From the IMG/VR virus record IMGVR_UViG_3300025534_000019, positions 1 to 37,588 of that record: a stretch of 37,588 nucleotides of DNA; one strand, given 5' to 3'. This DNA comes from a virus (Duplodnaviria > Caudoviricetes). Under the pieces are notes generated by a model, which did not search any database, was not told where the DNA came from, and worked only from the letters and a program-made list of their open reading frames with translations. A program made the translations under genes and the position numbers. The stretch's first letter is position 1; every line of letters starts with the position of its first letter. Shown one piece after another: positions 29,367-37,588 of the stretch.

Positions 29367-29717
29367 CGATTTTCTTTTTCGGACTTCATCACCTATTGAG
29401 AGTTGGACGCTACCCACTCCGCAGCAAAGGTCGAGGCTGATGCCGCCTTCAACTTCGTACAAATTAAACGGCTCGACGCCGTAATATTGCGAGTAGATCT
29501 GAAATAGCCCCCTCGCAATGAACAAGACGCCGTCCCGTTCGTGCTCACTGCCAACGCTTGCCGGTTCATCTTCCGACAAGTAAAGAGTGGTGATCGTATT
29601 TTCTTTCCCTTGAAGCAGGTATTTTTTGAGTAATTCAATACCTACTTCTTTTCCTTCTTGATAATTATGCACTTCAAATTCGAAGTGCAATCGCGTTGCT
29701 GGACTGTAATTAATCAT
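29352..29717 (-). CDS. hypothetical protein
   Basis: RBS AAGGAGG, 121 aa. Confidence 0.7.
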   Translation of the reverse strand: MINYSPATRLHFEFEVHNYQEGKEVGIELLKKYLLQGKENTITTLYLSEDEPASVGSEHERDGVLFIARGLFQIYSQYYGVEPFNLYEVEGGISLDLCCGVGSVQLSIGDEVRKRKSKSTV

Positions 29718-29793
29718 TTCCGATTCCTCCTTGCTTGAGTATTGTTAATCCTTCCATCGCACCGCCAACCTAAGTTGGCAATGCTAGCAAGAA

Positions 29794-30468
29794 TCAACGA
29801 TTGAGCGCCTCCATGTATTCGTCGACATCGCGGCCGATTTCTTTCAAATGCTCGACCACTTCGCTCAGCGTCATAATGTAACCTTTCGGCTCTTCGCCAT
29901 CCCACTGCGACGTTTCTTCTAGTAGGAACGTTGGTTCGGACGGTTTTTCCCCGTCAAGTTCAACAATACGGTATATCTGTTGATGACGACCTATCGAACC
30001 AGTCACCCAGTCATGACCGTTCCACTCGTCTAAGCTGATATAATCTGAATCGGCGACAATGTGAGTATCTGTCCAGCACTCGTCAAGTTCGACAGTTCGC
30101 CAGTTTCCACCGTCCCAAAAACGGTATATTTCGACAACATGACCGTCTTTTTCAACGTAAAAGTTTTTGTTTTCGATGTCGTAGATTAACCGGCTACTTT
30201 CAGCGTCGCCATAATATTCTGTATACTCAGTCGACACTTCGACGCCTAATTTGTCTCGGAAAAAGCTTTCTAATGCGTCAACAACTGCTTCGTCTGTTTC
30301 GGTGAAATATGCGTCAAATTTTTCGCTAACATCGCCCAAGTCCAGGGATTCCGTATTTACTCCTTCGATGGCAACCGACCAGTCGCCTAACAACACGACT
30401 TTTTCAACTTCATTGTCATCAATCAAATAATTCCATGCATCGTTTCTCCACAATCTAAAAGTTTTCAT
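29794..30468 (-). CDS. highly acidic hypothetical protein (anti-defence candidate)
   Basis: RBS AAGGAGG; D/E- and W-rich, 224 aa; own promoter. Confidence 0.8.
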   Translation of the reverse strand: MKTFRLWRNDAWNYLIDDNEVEKVVLLGDWSVAIEGVNTESLDLGDVSEKFDAYFTETDEAVVDALESFFRDKLGVEVSTEYTEYYGDAESSRLIYDIENKNFYVEKDGHVVEIYRFWDGGNWRTVELDECWTDTHIVADSDYISLDEWNGHDWVTGSIGRHQQIYRIVELDGEKPSEPTFLLEETSQWDGEEPKGYIMTLSEVVEHLKEIGRDVDEYMEALNR

Positions 30469-30514
30469 TTTAAATTCCTCCTTGTTTTTTGTTCCTCATC
30501 AACCTTACATCTTA

Positions 30515-30543
30515 ATTATACAATTATATAATTATATGGTCAA
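30515..30543 (-). promoter_or_regulatory. sigmaA promoter with palindromic operator
   Basis: TTGACC-N17-TATAAT on the minus strand. Confidence 0.85.
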
Positions 30544-30749
30544 CTATTTTTTATAAAATTTTTTAATTTTTCTAAGTCCTCTTTCCAAAACAACTGTACT
30601 TTTCCTTTCCCATTTCCGTATTCTTTGCAAGGAACTATCCGCCCCTCTCGAATGTGATGCTGGAAAGCTACATTGGATAGACCAACATATCTTTCAGCTT
30701 CTCTTCTAGTCATGATTTGCTCCAAAAACTCTTCTTTACTCATTTTCAT
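30540..30749 (-). CDS. small helix-turn-helix DNA-binding protein
   Basis: MTRREAERYVGLS...GRIVP...LFWKEDL (excisionase/MerR-like HTH). Confidence 0.75.
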   Translation of the reverse strand: MKMSKEEFLEQIMTRREAERYVGLSNVAFQHHIREGRIVPCKEYGNGKGKVQLFWKEDLEKLKNFIKNS

Positions 30750-31221
30750 CTTGCTTGTCCTCCAGAATTGGATTGAAATATTTTTCCTCGGCTGCTTTTC
30801 TAGCTTTTATAGCATCCTCTTTATTATCAAAATATCCTAAAGTAATCTGTTTACCCTTAAACCCGATGTATGACCGCCATTTTTGACGGGTTTTCATCCA
30901 TGCTACACCTTTATGCCCGCTTTTGTTATTTTTATAGGTTTTAGTTTTTAGTGCGGTTACCCGAGTACCGTCTACTTGATCGTGTTTAATATGCTGGTCT
31001 CTACCGGTATCCCTTTTTATATCGTGCTTGCACCCGCAACTTTTGTAATGCCCGTGAATCAAACTATAGCCTTGCAAATAAACAGTATTTCCACAACTAC
31101 ATTTACACTCCCACAAAAGGGTATTATTTTTGCCTCTAATGTCGCTTAGTTTAATAACAGTCAGCTCACCGAATTGCTGGCCGGTAATGTCGATCCGTTT
31201 TTAGTCAACTCGTTTTACCAT
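30736..31221 (-). pseudogene. AP2-domain DNA-binding protein with an in-frame TAA at codon 7
   Basis: RBS GAGGTG, ATG 31221: MVKRVD*KRIDITGQQFGELTV...WECKCSCG...SCGC...NNKSGHKGV...LGYF...AIKARKAAE. Confidence 0.65.
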
Positions 31222-31229
31222 GTTTCACC

Positions 31230-31580
31230 TCAAATACATACGGATTTAGGAACCCAAAATTTATTTACAATATCAATTCCACCTTCATGCGCTACAGCTT
31301 CAATGTAAAATGCTTTTTCAGTTTCCTTTTTGATGATAAAAACAGAGTTATTTATTTGAGCAACCATGCTTTTATGTCCAAATGTTTTTTCGATAAACCA
31401 AGGAGCAATACCGGCAATACGCCCACCTTTTTTATCGCGGATTTGTTTGTACATTTTCCATGCCAATTTCAATGCTTCTGCAAAATATTCTTTAGGGCTT
31501 CCTCCGAATCTTTTAGCGCCATTACGTGCGAATTTCCAAGCGTTGTTCATAACAGACTTCTTTGTTAATTTCATTTTCAT
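31230..31580 (-). CDS. hypothetical protein (AW..A..GAKRFGG..KEYFAEALKLAW N-terminus)
   Basis: RBS GGGGAGG; first gene after the promoter. Confidence 0.8.
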   Translation of the reverse strand: MKMKLTKKSVMNNAWKFARNGAKRFGGSPKEYFAEALKLAWKMYKQIRDKKGGRIAGIAPWFIEKTFGHKSMVAQINNSVFIIKKETEKAFYIEAVAHEGGIDIVNKFWVPKSVCI

Positions 31581-31603
31581 TACCTCCCCTTGTTTGTACT
31601 TTA

Positions 31604-31632
31604 ATTATATAATTATAAAATTGTATAGTCAA
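31604..31632 (-). promoter_or_regulatory. sigmaA promoter with palindromic operator
   Basis: TTGACT-N17-TATAAT on the minus strand. Confidence 0.85.
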
Positions 31633-31838
31633 TACCTTTTTTAAAATTTTTGCATAAAATCTACTCATTCGAATTAATATCTACTCTATATTATTTGTTC
31701 GTTTCAAACACGCTTGAATCTCGGTTAAAATTTCGGTATAATAACGTCAGTAACCGCGTCTCGTTTTTTTCGAGACCGAATTATAAAATATGTTAACGCA
31801 AAGGTTCCCGTTTAAATCAACGTTTATATTTCGCAAAA

Positions 31839-31885
31839 GGTTTCCGGTACCACGTCCGTCGGGGGTTCGAGTCCCTCCGAGCGCG
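31839..31885 (+). other. attP core: 3' portion of tRNA-Arg(CCG)
   Basis: GGTTTCCGGTACCACGTCCGTCGGGGGTTCGAGTCCCTCCGAGCGCG = anticodon loop (CCG 31844-31846), T arm and 3' acceptor strand; 5' half absent; next to the integrase. Confidence 0.88.
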
Positions 31886-32048
31886 TAAGCGTTGATTTAA
31901 CGGGGTTTCTTAGCGGAAACTCCGTTTTATTTTGTCGAGTAAGGACGCGAACACCGTAAAAACGACCGGTAAGTTTTTCGCAAGGTTCGCGTCCGTTTTA
32001 ACGCAGGTAAACGGGTCCTTTCGTTATTGTTTGACGGGAGGTTATTTT

Positions 32049-33026
32049 ATGCCACGAAAAATGCGCAGAGGGGTATATAAACGAAGAGAATTTTCGGTCA
32101 CAAGAACGCCAACGGCGTACATAACAATAGTTGATGCGCTTAACCGTGTTATGACGATTTTTCAAACGGAAGGATATCGTGAAAGAACGATCAACGACTA
32201 TCGTAATTATTGGTCGGAATTTATCGAAACAATCGGCGTACGTGAAACCGATAATATTGGCGACATAACAGTAAATCATTTCAGACTGTATATTGATACA
32301 CTACTGAATGTAAGGAAACTTTCGCCAGTTACGATAAACATTCGGTTAGGTGGTGTTAAATCTATTTTTAGTAAACTCGCCGCAAACGATATTATTAATG
32401 AAAACCCAGCGCAAAAAGTTCCGAAACTAAAAACGGATGAACAACGAATATTTACATTGACGGACAAGCAAATTAAACGACTTTTCAGCGTTATTGATCG
32501 AGATACTTTCGCAGGGTTTCGTGATTACTGCGCAATGCTGACTATGTTGAAATGTGGCTTACGATCTAATGAAATTAACGCATTGGAAATTAACGACATT
32601 GACTTTGAGAATTGTGTAATTTTGCTGCCGGGCGCAAAGAACAAAAACCGTAAAACGCGAGTTGTACCAATTACAAAAGAAGTGCGTGATTGTCTTTACG
32701 ATTTAGTTGCGGAAACACAAGAATATTTCGGAACAGACGTGAAACACGTTTTTACGAATCAATACGGAGAGCCAATGCGCAATGACCATATACGTAAGCG
32801 TATGGATAAGTACGCTCGTATTGCAGGACTAAAGGACGAGTGTCGAGCAAGCCCACATAGTTTGCGACACACATTCGCAGTTAACTACTTAAAACGTGGT
32901 GGAGACATTAGATCGCTGCAAATGATACTCGGTCATAGCGACATTACAACAACGCAGATATATCTTGACTATACGAACGACGACGTGTCTGAGCAGTATC
33001 GAAAAGTAATGGAAGATGAAAATTGA
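32049..33026 (+). CDS. int: tyrosine integrase
   Basis: GLRSNE (R), HSLRH (HxxR), LGHS...TTQIY (H, Y); RBS GGGAGG before ATG 32049. Confidence 0.95.
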   Translation: MPRKMRRGVYKRREFSVTRTPTAYITIVDALNRVMTIFQTEGYRERTINDYRNYWSEFIETIGVRETDNIGDITVNHFRLYIDTLLNVRKLSPVTINIRLGGVKSIFSKLAANDIINENPAQKVPKLKTDEQRIFTLTDKQIKRLFSVIDRDTFAGFRDYCAMLTMLKCGLRSNEINALEINDIDFENCVILLPGAKNKNRKTRVVPITKEVRDCLYDLVAETQEYFGTDVKHVFTNQYGEPMRNDHIRKRMDKYARIAGLKDECRASPHSLRHTFAVNYLKRGGDIRSLQMILGHSDITTTQIYLDYTNDDVSEQYRKVMEDEN

Positions 33027-33051
33027 GAAAATATTAAAAATTGGTTATAAT
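33023..33051 (+). promoter_or_regulatory. sigmaA promoter
   Basis: TTGAGA-N17-TATAAT. Confidence 0.75.
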
Positions 33052-33086
33052 AAATTTGTCGGAAAAAGAGGAAACGGAGGTTAAAA

Positions 33087-33512
33087 ATGGAAAAGAAAAA
33101 GTCGATATTAAAGCGCTGGTGGTTTTGGGCAATCGTAATTATCGTTATTATCGGAATAGGCGCGGTTGGCGGTGGTGAGGAAGAAACAAACACCGCAGAA
33201 CAGGCGAGTACCGAGCCACAAATTAACGAGGAAAAACCAAAGCCGAAAGAGAACGATGAAAAATCCGAACCGGAAAACAAACCAACTATTTCAAAAGCCG
33301 AGTTTGACGCAATTAAAAACGGAATGACATACGAAGAAGTCGTTAAAATTATCGGCAGCGAAGGAGAGGTTATGAGCGAAACCGGCGAAGAAGGTACGGA
33401 TTTGCATACGATCATATATTCGTGGGATGGCGAGGGCGAGATAGGCGCTAACGCTAATTTCACGTTTCAAGGCGGAAAATTACAAAATAAAGCGCAGTTC
33501 GGATTGAAGTAA
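33087..33512 (+). CDS. membrane-anchored extracellular protein (DUF3862-like), superinfection-exclusion candidate
   Basis: KRWWFW plus TM helix, acidic linker, GMTYEEVVKIIG...KAQFGLK. Confidence 0.8.
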   Translation: MEKKKSILKRWWFWAIVIIVIIGIGAVGGGEEETNTAEQASTEPQINEEKPKPKENDEKSEPENKPTISKAEFDAIKNGMTYEEVVKIIGSEGEVMSETGEEGTDLHTIIYSWDGEGEIGANANFTFQGGKLQNKAQFGLK

Positions 33513-33515
33513 CGT

Positions 33516-33550
33516 AAAGGCTCACGCAAAAATGCGTGGGCTTTTATTTT
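33516..33550 (+). terminator. intrinsic terminator
   Basis: GGCTCACGCA-aaaa-TGCGTGGGCT followed by a T run. Confidence 0.85.
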
Positions 33551-33616
33551 TTTTCGCAAAAATGTCGCAATTTCATTTTCGGTTTTGGTTAATAGAGTGA
33601 AAGGAGGTTTTAAAGA

Positions 33617-34342
33617 ATGGCGTCATTGATAGAAAAACTTTACAAGGCAGGCGCCGATTTTAAACAATCGTCAGGTGGGATTTATTACGCAGAAATAAAC
33701 GGAATATCGATAGCTAAAGTATGTTCATCTTGTGATGAATTTAAGTTATTAGAAGAGTTTTCATTTCGGAAAGATGGCGTACTTTCGCGGATGAATCAAT
33801 GCAAAGAATGTGCAAGAAAGTACAAGATAGAAAACAAAGAAATGATTCGCGAGAAAAATAAAATATACTTCCATATGAATCCAGAAAAACGTCTAATTAG
33901 CAACAGGAAAAGATGGGAGTTGATTCACCATCTCCCTCGCAATTTGACAAAAGAAAAATTAGAAAAAACTTTAGAATTTTTTGGTAATCGTTGCGCCCTC
34001 ACTCTTTCAGAAGATTACGAATTAGATCATGTTATACCTATAGCAATAGGTCACGGAGGAACTATATATGGTAATATTATTCCTTTGCGAAAAGATTTAA
34101 ATATAAGCAAAGGTGATAAAAATATTTTTGATTGGTACAAAACAAATAGAAAACGTTTCGGAATAAAACAAGAACAGTTTGACATGTTGATAGAATGGAT
34201 TGCAAATACAAACGGGTTGAATGAGCATGAATATAAAGAATTTTATTACTGGTGTTTTGATAACCCACGTACTGTTGAAGAGATAAAGACTGACAAGAGG
34301 TTTTCTGTGGATATTTGGCAGGAAACCATTATTACTGCCTGA
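33617..34342 (+). CDS. free-standing HNH endonuclease
   Basis: CSSC...CKEC Zn finger; LDHVIPIAIGHGG...GNIIP...LNISK. Confidence 0.8.
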   Translation: MASLIEKLYKAGADFKQSSGGIYYAEINGISIAKVCSSCDEFKLLEEFSFRKDGVLSRMNQCKECARKYKIENKEMIREKNKIYFHMNPEKRLISNRKRWELIHHLPRNLTKEKLEKTLEFFGNRCALTLSEDYELDHVIPIAIGHGGTIYGNIIPLRKDLNISKGDKNIFDWYKTNRKRFGIKQEQFDMLIEWIANTNGLNEHEYKEFYYWCFDNPRTVEEIKTDKRFSVDIWQETIITA

Positions 34343-34392
34343 AAATCTACAAGCGTGAAAATAAAAGCTACTGATACGGAGGTGATACTAAT

Positions 34393-34830
34393 TTGCACAC
34401 CGCATACATTCGCACCGGACACACTCGGTCAGGGTTCTCGCTACTATACCACGAAATTTTCGACTTATACCACCCGTACATCGGCGACAAAGCGACGTTA
34501 TATTACCTCTACCTTTTGCGTTACCGCAACAATGACGAAGGTCGAGCGTGGAAAGGTCGAGCATCCGTTACCGAGAAATTCCAACTATCGTACTCAACAT
34601 TGCCGATACTCGACGCAATACTCGAAGCAGCCGAATTAGTGACGATCGAACACAAACCTATTGGTCGAGGTAAAGACAAGATTATATATGTCGTTCACGA
34701 CCCGTTAGAGCGCGAAAAGTTTCGAGAGAGGGAAGCGGATATACACCGGAAGCTGGCCGAAGTTGCGCGAAAATACGAAAATATTGGGAAACTTCTAGGC
34801 AAAGAAAAAGGAATTAAACTACTTGCGTGA
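34393..34830 (+). CDS. replication initiator N-terminal wHTH (DnaD/replisome-organiser-like)
   Basis: PYIGDKATLYYLYL motif; RBS GGAGGTG, TTG start; upstream of the helicase loader. Confidence 0.7.
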   Translation: MHTAYIRTGHTRSGFSLLYHEIFDLYHPYIGDKATLYYLYLLRYRNNDEGRAWKGRASVTEKFQLSYSTLPILDAILEAAELVTIEHKPIGRGKDKIIYVVHDPLEREKFREREADIHRKLAEVARKYENIGKLLGKEKGIKLLA

Positions 34831-34878
34831 AGATACAATCTTTACTTCTGTAGTTTATTATCTACAGAAGCGTTAATG

Positions 34879-34915
34879 AAAAAGAATATATTAAAAAGAA
34901 TTACTTAAAAAGAAT
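34879..34915 (+). repeat. AAAAAGAAT x3, 14-bp period (origin-like)
   Basis: Copies at 34879, 34893 and 34907, flanked by inverted repeats. Confidence 0.75.
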
Positions 34916-35218
34916 AAATACTTTGCGCCATGTATTCGTAAACTCATACATGGTCGCAGATAAGATTAATAAATAAAAGATTTATAAGAGGTATTACAAA
35001 GATGGAAAATGTGAAACTGTCGCGCGCCGCCGACGATTTAGATCGAAGGCGTCAACAACTAACACACGTTTTAAGGCGTCTATCGGCGCGATACAGACGA
35101 TTTTAGCCGTACCTAATGGTTTTATATCCGGAAGAATAAAACACGGTAATTTCACGCTAATTTTAAGCGAAAGAGGCACGAAAAATGAGCGAAAAAATTG
35201 TGACGGAGGCGATTTCTA

Positions 35219-35617
35219 ATGTCTAAAAAACCGTCTCAATACGACTGGAAAGCACGGTCAATCGAAGATTGGAACGCAAACACGTTTCTTGCGTATATTG
35301 GCGACAATACGCTCGAAAGATACGGCGTTGAATACTCGCCCGGCGGTAGCGGCTCGAAGCAGCAACGATGGGCGCGCGAACGTGGCATGTTGAAACAGGC
35401 GCAAGAACGGTATGGCAATGCGGTGCTGAAACGGTTCATCGACATTTGCTGGCGTGAGTACCGGACGAGTGACCCGGTGAAGTATCCGTACCCGACAGTT
35501 GTTTTCATGATTTCCTACATGGACAGGTATTTTCCGCAAGCGCAAGCGGAAGTTGCAGCGGAAAGTCGACGAAAAGCGAACGAAATTAATTACGAAGAAT
35601 TGGAGGAATGGCTATGA
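35219..35617 (+). CDS. hypothetical replication-module protein
   Basis: RBS GGAGG, 132 aa, precedes the DnaC-like gene. Confidence 0.75.
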   Translation: MSKKPSQYDWKARSIEDWNANTFLAYIGDNTLERYGVEYSPGGSGSKQQRWARERGMLKQAQERYGNAVLKRFIDICWREYRTSDPVKYPYPTVVFMISYMDRYFPQAQAEVAAESRRKANEINYEELEEWL

Positions 35618-35730
35618 TGAATAAGTTTGGAATCGTTGTTTAATATGAACCGGAAATAGGCGACCGAATCATTGACGATAGTCGCGAAGAGGTGGCGGAA
35701 ACGGAATAATACGAAGGGAGGCTCGAAACT

Positions 35731-36495
35731 TTGGCGAACGAAAAACATTGTTTACTCGCGTACCGTTGCCAACTGGCGGGCGGTTCGGCATGTAACAATC
35801 ACTGCCCGCACTTTATCACTTTGCACGGTATGAACGCAAAAGGCGGTCGTGCCGGCTTGGCGGGCGTGCCGAGCGACTACAGGCTAGTTACGCTCACAAA
35901 CTCGCCAGTACGCGCAAGCCAGCCGAAAATTTACGAAATACTCGACAAATACTCGGCGACATTTGGGCGACAGTTTGACGAAATTGGTGATCGAATCAAG
36001 TCGGTCTATTTGTGGTCGAAGTCGCCGGGTACGGGCAAAACGACGACGGCTGCTGCTTTACTGAACGATTGGCTTGTCGCGCATTATCTCGGCAGTTTGA
36101 AACGTGGTCGCCAGCCGTTACAAATGCCCGCGTACTTTTTGGACGTGAATGAATGGCAAACGTTATACAACGAGTTTAACCGATCACATGTGCCGGAAGA
36201 CGTTGCCGAGCGCGCAAGTCGTGAATATTATCGGCGGTTGCAAGCAGCGAAGAAAGCACCGTTTGCCGTGCTTGACGATATTGGCGTTAGGCAGGCAACG
36301 GAAGGCTTTCGCGGCGATTTACACGCTATTATTAATTACCGTGTTACAAACGGACTGCCGACGGTTTATACGTCGAACTTTCCAATCGAGGACATGGCTC
36401 GAATATTTGACGAAAGGCTTTACGATCGTATGCGTGATATGTGCGCTGTTGTCGAGTTTACAGGCGAAAGTAAAAGGGGGAAACGGAGGGGGTAG
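35731..36495 (+). CDS. DnaC/IstB-like ATPase (helicase loader)
   Basis: PGTGKT, VLDDIG, PTVYTSN, RLYDR, GESKR. Confidence 0.9.
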   Translation: MANEKHCLLAYRCQLAGGSACNNHCPHFITLHGMNAKGGRAGLAGVPSDYRLVTLTNSPVRASQPKIYEILDKYSATFGRQFDEIGDRIKSVYLWSKSPGTGKTTTAAALLNDWLVAHYLGSLKRGRQPLQMPAYFLDVNEWQTLYNEFNRSHVPEDVAERASREYYRRLQAAKKAPFAVLDDIGVRQATEGFRGDLHAIINYRVTNGLPTVYTSNFPIEDMARIFDERLYDRMRDMCAVVEFTGESKRGKRRG

Positions 36496-36496
36496 C

Positions 36497-36706
36497 GTGT
36501 ATTACCTTTTTTGGGAACATTCCGAACCTCGCAAACCGAATCCTCGACCGGAAATCGAGCGAGCGAGGAAAAGGCGGGAACGGAACGAGGAAATCGATAG
36601 ATTGCTAGACGAAATGAACGATTACAGGAGGCTTTATGAAACGTTCGGTGACGCTGAATATGCGGAAAGGATAGAACGTGTAAAAGAGAAGTTACGGAAA
36701 TTATAA
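36497..36706 (+). CDS. hypothetical protein
   Basis: GTG start with GGAGG RBS; EIDRLLDE.NDY motif. Confidence 0.65.
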   Translation: MYYLFWEHSEPRKPNPRPEIERARKRRERNEEIDRLLDEMNDYRRLYETFGDAEYAERIERVKEKLRKL

Positions 36707-36721
36707 GAAAAGGTGATTGTT

Positions 36722-36916
36722 ATGCCGAAATACAAAGTTTATGGGGTTGTAGTAGGAACAAAATATATTGGGGAATTTGAAACGCATAACAAAGAAGAAG
36801 CTGAACAATTGGCTTGGGATTCTGAAAATGCCTACATTTCTATTTGTTATCATTGTTCAAAAGAAATTGACGAACCGCAAATTGAAAAAATGATTGTAGA
36901 AAAAGAAGAAGATTAA
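36722..36916 (+). CDS. hypothetical protein
   Basis: RBS AAGGTGA; CYHC motif. Confidence 0.65.
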   Translation: MPKYKVYGVVVGTKYIGEFETHNKEEAEQLAWDSENAYISICYHCSKEIDEPQIEKMIVEKEED

Positions 36917-36988
36917 TGCACATTATGAAAATATTAGGATGGCAAAAGGTGCGAGAGATTAAGTTTCACAATTGTTGGAGGTGACGGA

Positions 36989-37162
36989 ATGAAAACTTGT
37001 TGGTCATGCGGACACTATCTGATAGGCTGTGGATGTTGGAAAGACGGTCATATGGGCGAAGAAGGATGGAAGGACGTTAGCCCTGATGATAGTTGTTCGG
37101 AGTGGGTACCGGAGAAATCGCCAAAAACGATTAATGCCGAAATTGAAAACGAATTTTCGTGA
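36989..37162 (+). CDS. small Cys-rich hypothetical protein (57 aa, MKTCWSCGHY...)
   Basis: Read manually; RBS GGAGGTG. Confidence 0.6.
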   Translation: MKTCWSCGHYLIGCGCWKDGHMGEEGWKDVSPDDSCSEWVPEKSPKTINAEIENEFS

Positions 37163-37188
37163 GTTGGAGTAAAGGAGGTTGATACCGA

Positions 37189-37588
37189 TTGAGTTACTCA
37201 CACATGCTATTTTCGAAAATAATAGACGATAACAACGTTGCTGTCCTTAAACGCTACAACATCATCGAGGACGACTTCGCAACGGAAGGCGAACGTGAGG
37301 TTTATCGATTTATCGTTAATTACGCGGAACAAAATGGCGGTCGAACGCCATCGTTCGAGGTAGTGGCTGCGGAATGTCCTTCGTTCGTGCCGATGCCGGG
37401 CGTTGAGGACAGTTATGAGTTCTTGGCTCGGGAAATAAAAGATAAAGCCGCAAAAGTTGCACTCGATCGCTATTTGTCGAAATTTGCCGAAAAATTTAAT
37501 TCAGGCGAACGTGGCGAAAAGCTTCTTGAGGACTTGCAGAAAAATGTCGAATTGATTAAAATAAGAACAGATGTTCGTAAATCGTTCG
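37189..37588 (+). CDS. replicative DnaB-like helicase, N-terminus (3' partial)
   Basis: RBS AAGGAGG, TTG start, open to the window end (MSYSHMLFSKIIDDNN...FIVNYAEQNGGRTPS); follows the DnaC-like gene. Catalytic motifs lie outside the window. Confidence 0.65.
   Translation, partial: MSYSHMLFSKIIDDNNVAVLKRYNIIEDDFATEGEREVYRFIVNYAEQNGGRTPSFEVVAAECPSFVPMPGVEDSYEFLAREIKDKAAKVALDRYLSKFAEKFNSGERGEKLLEDLQKNVELIKIRTDVRKSF

Noticed and set aside
31839-31885. Functional tRNA gene
   Set aside because: Lacks the 5' acceptor strand and D arm; it is an att core.
31932-32048. N-terminal extension of the integrase in the ORF track
   Set aside because: Overlaps the attP arm region; the strong RBS is at ATG 32049.
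35614-35709. Tiny ORF with an internal TAA, suggesting stop-codon readthrough together with the AP2 gene
   Set aside because: TAA terminates many genes here normally and no suppressor tRNA is present; more likely a decayed remnant.
36149-36496. 185-aa ORF overlapping the DnaC-like gene
   Set aside because: Real start is likely GTG 36497 with an RBS; the upstream part shows no motif.

Overview
A ~37.6 kb segment of a temperate siphophage of a Bacillaceae host; the gene content resembles phBC6A51-type phages (inference from recognised motifs, no database search run). Order: DNA-methyltransferase cluster (C5, gamma-N6, beta-N4/N6), RepL-like gene with an origin-like region, terminase/portal/head/tail genes, holin and GH25-LysM endolysin, a leftward accessory locus, attP with a tRNA-Arg(CCG) 3' core, tyrosine integrase, a membrane-protein moron, an HNH gene, then initiator/DnaC/helicase. 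The att core has phage genes on both sides, so this is the excised or free form. Most notable points: (1) an intact HNH endonuclease encoded entirely in the +1 frame inside the C5-methyltransferase, with both frames open and no splicing signature; (2) a 305-nt ORF-less group I intron in the tape-measure gene whose removal restores the frame; (3) a distal tail (Dit) gene apparently split by a translationally coupled fibre-like gene; (4) a tailspike plus independently promoted acetyltransferase cassette; (5) a candidate anti-CRISPR/anti-defence locus with two near-consensus promoters sharing a palindromic operator plus a small HTH; (6) two apparent replication systems.
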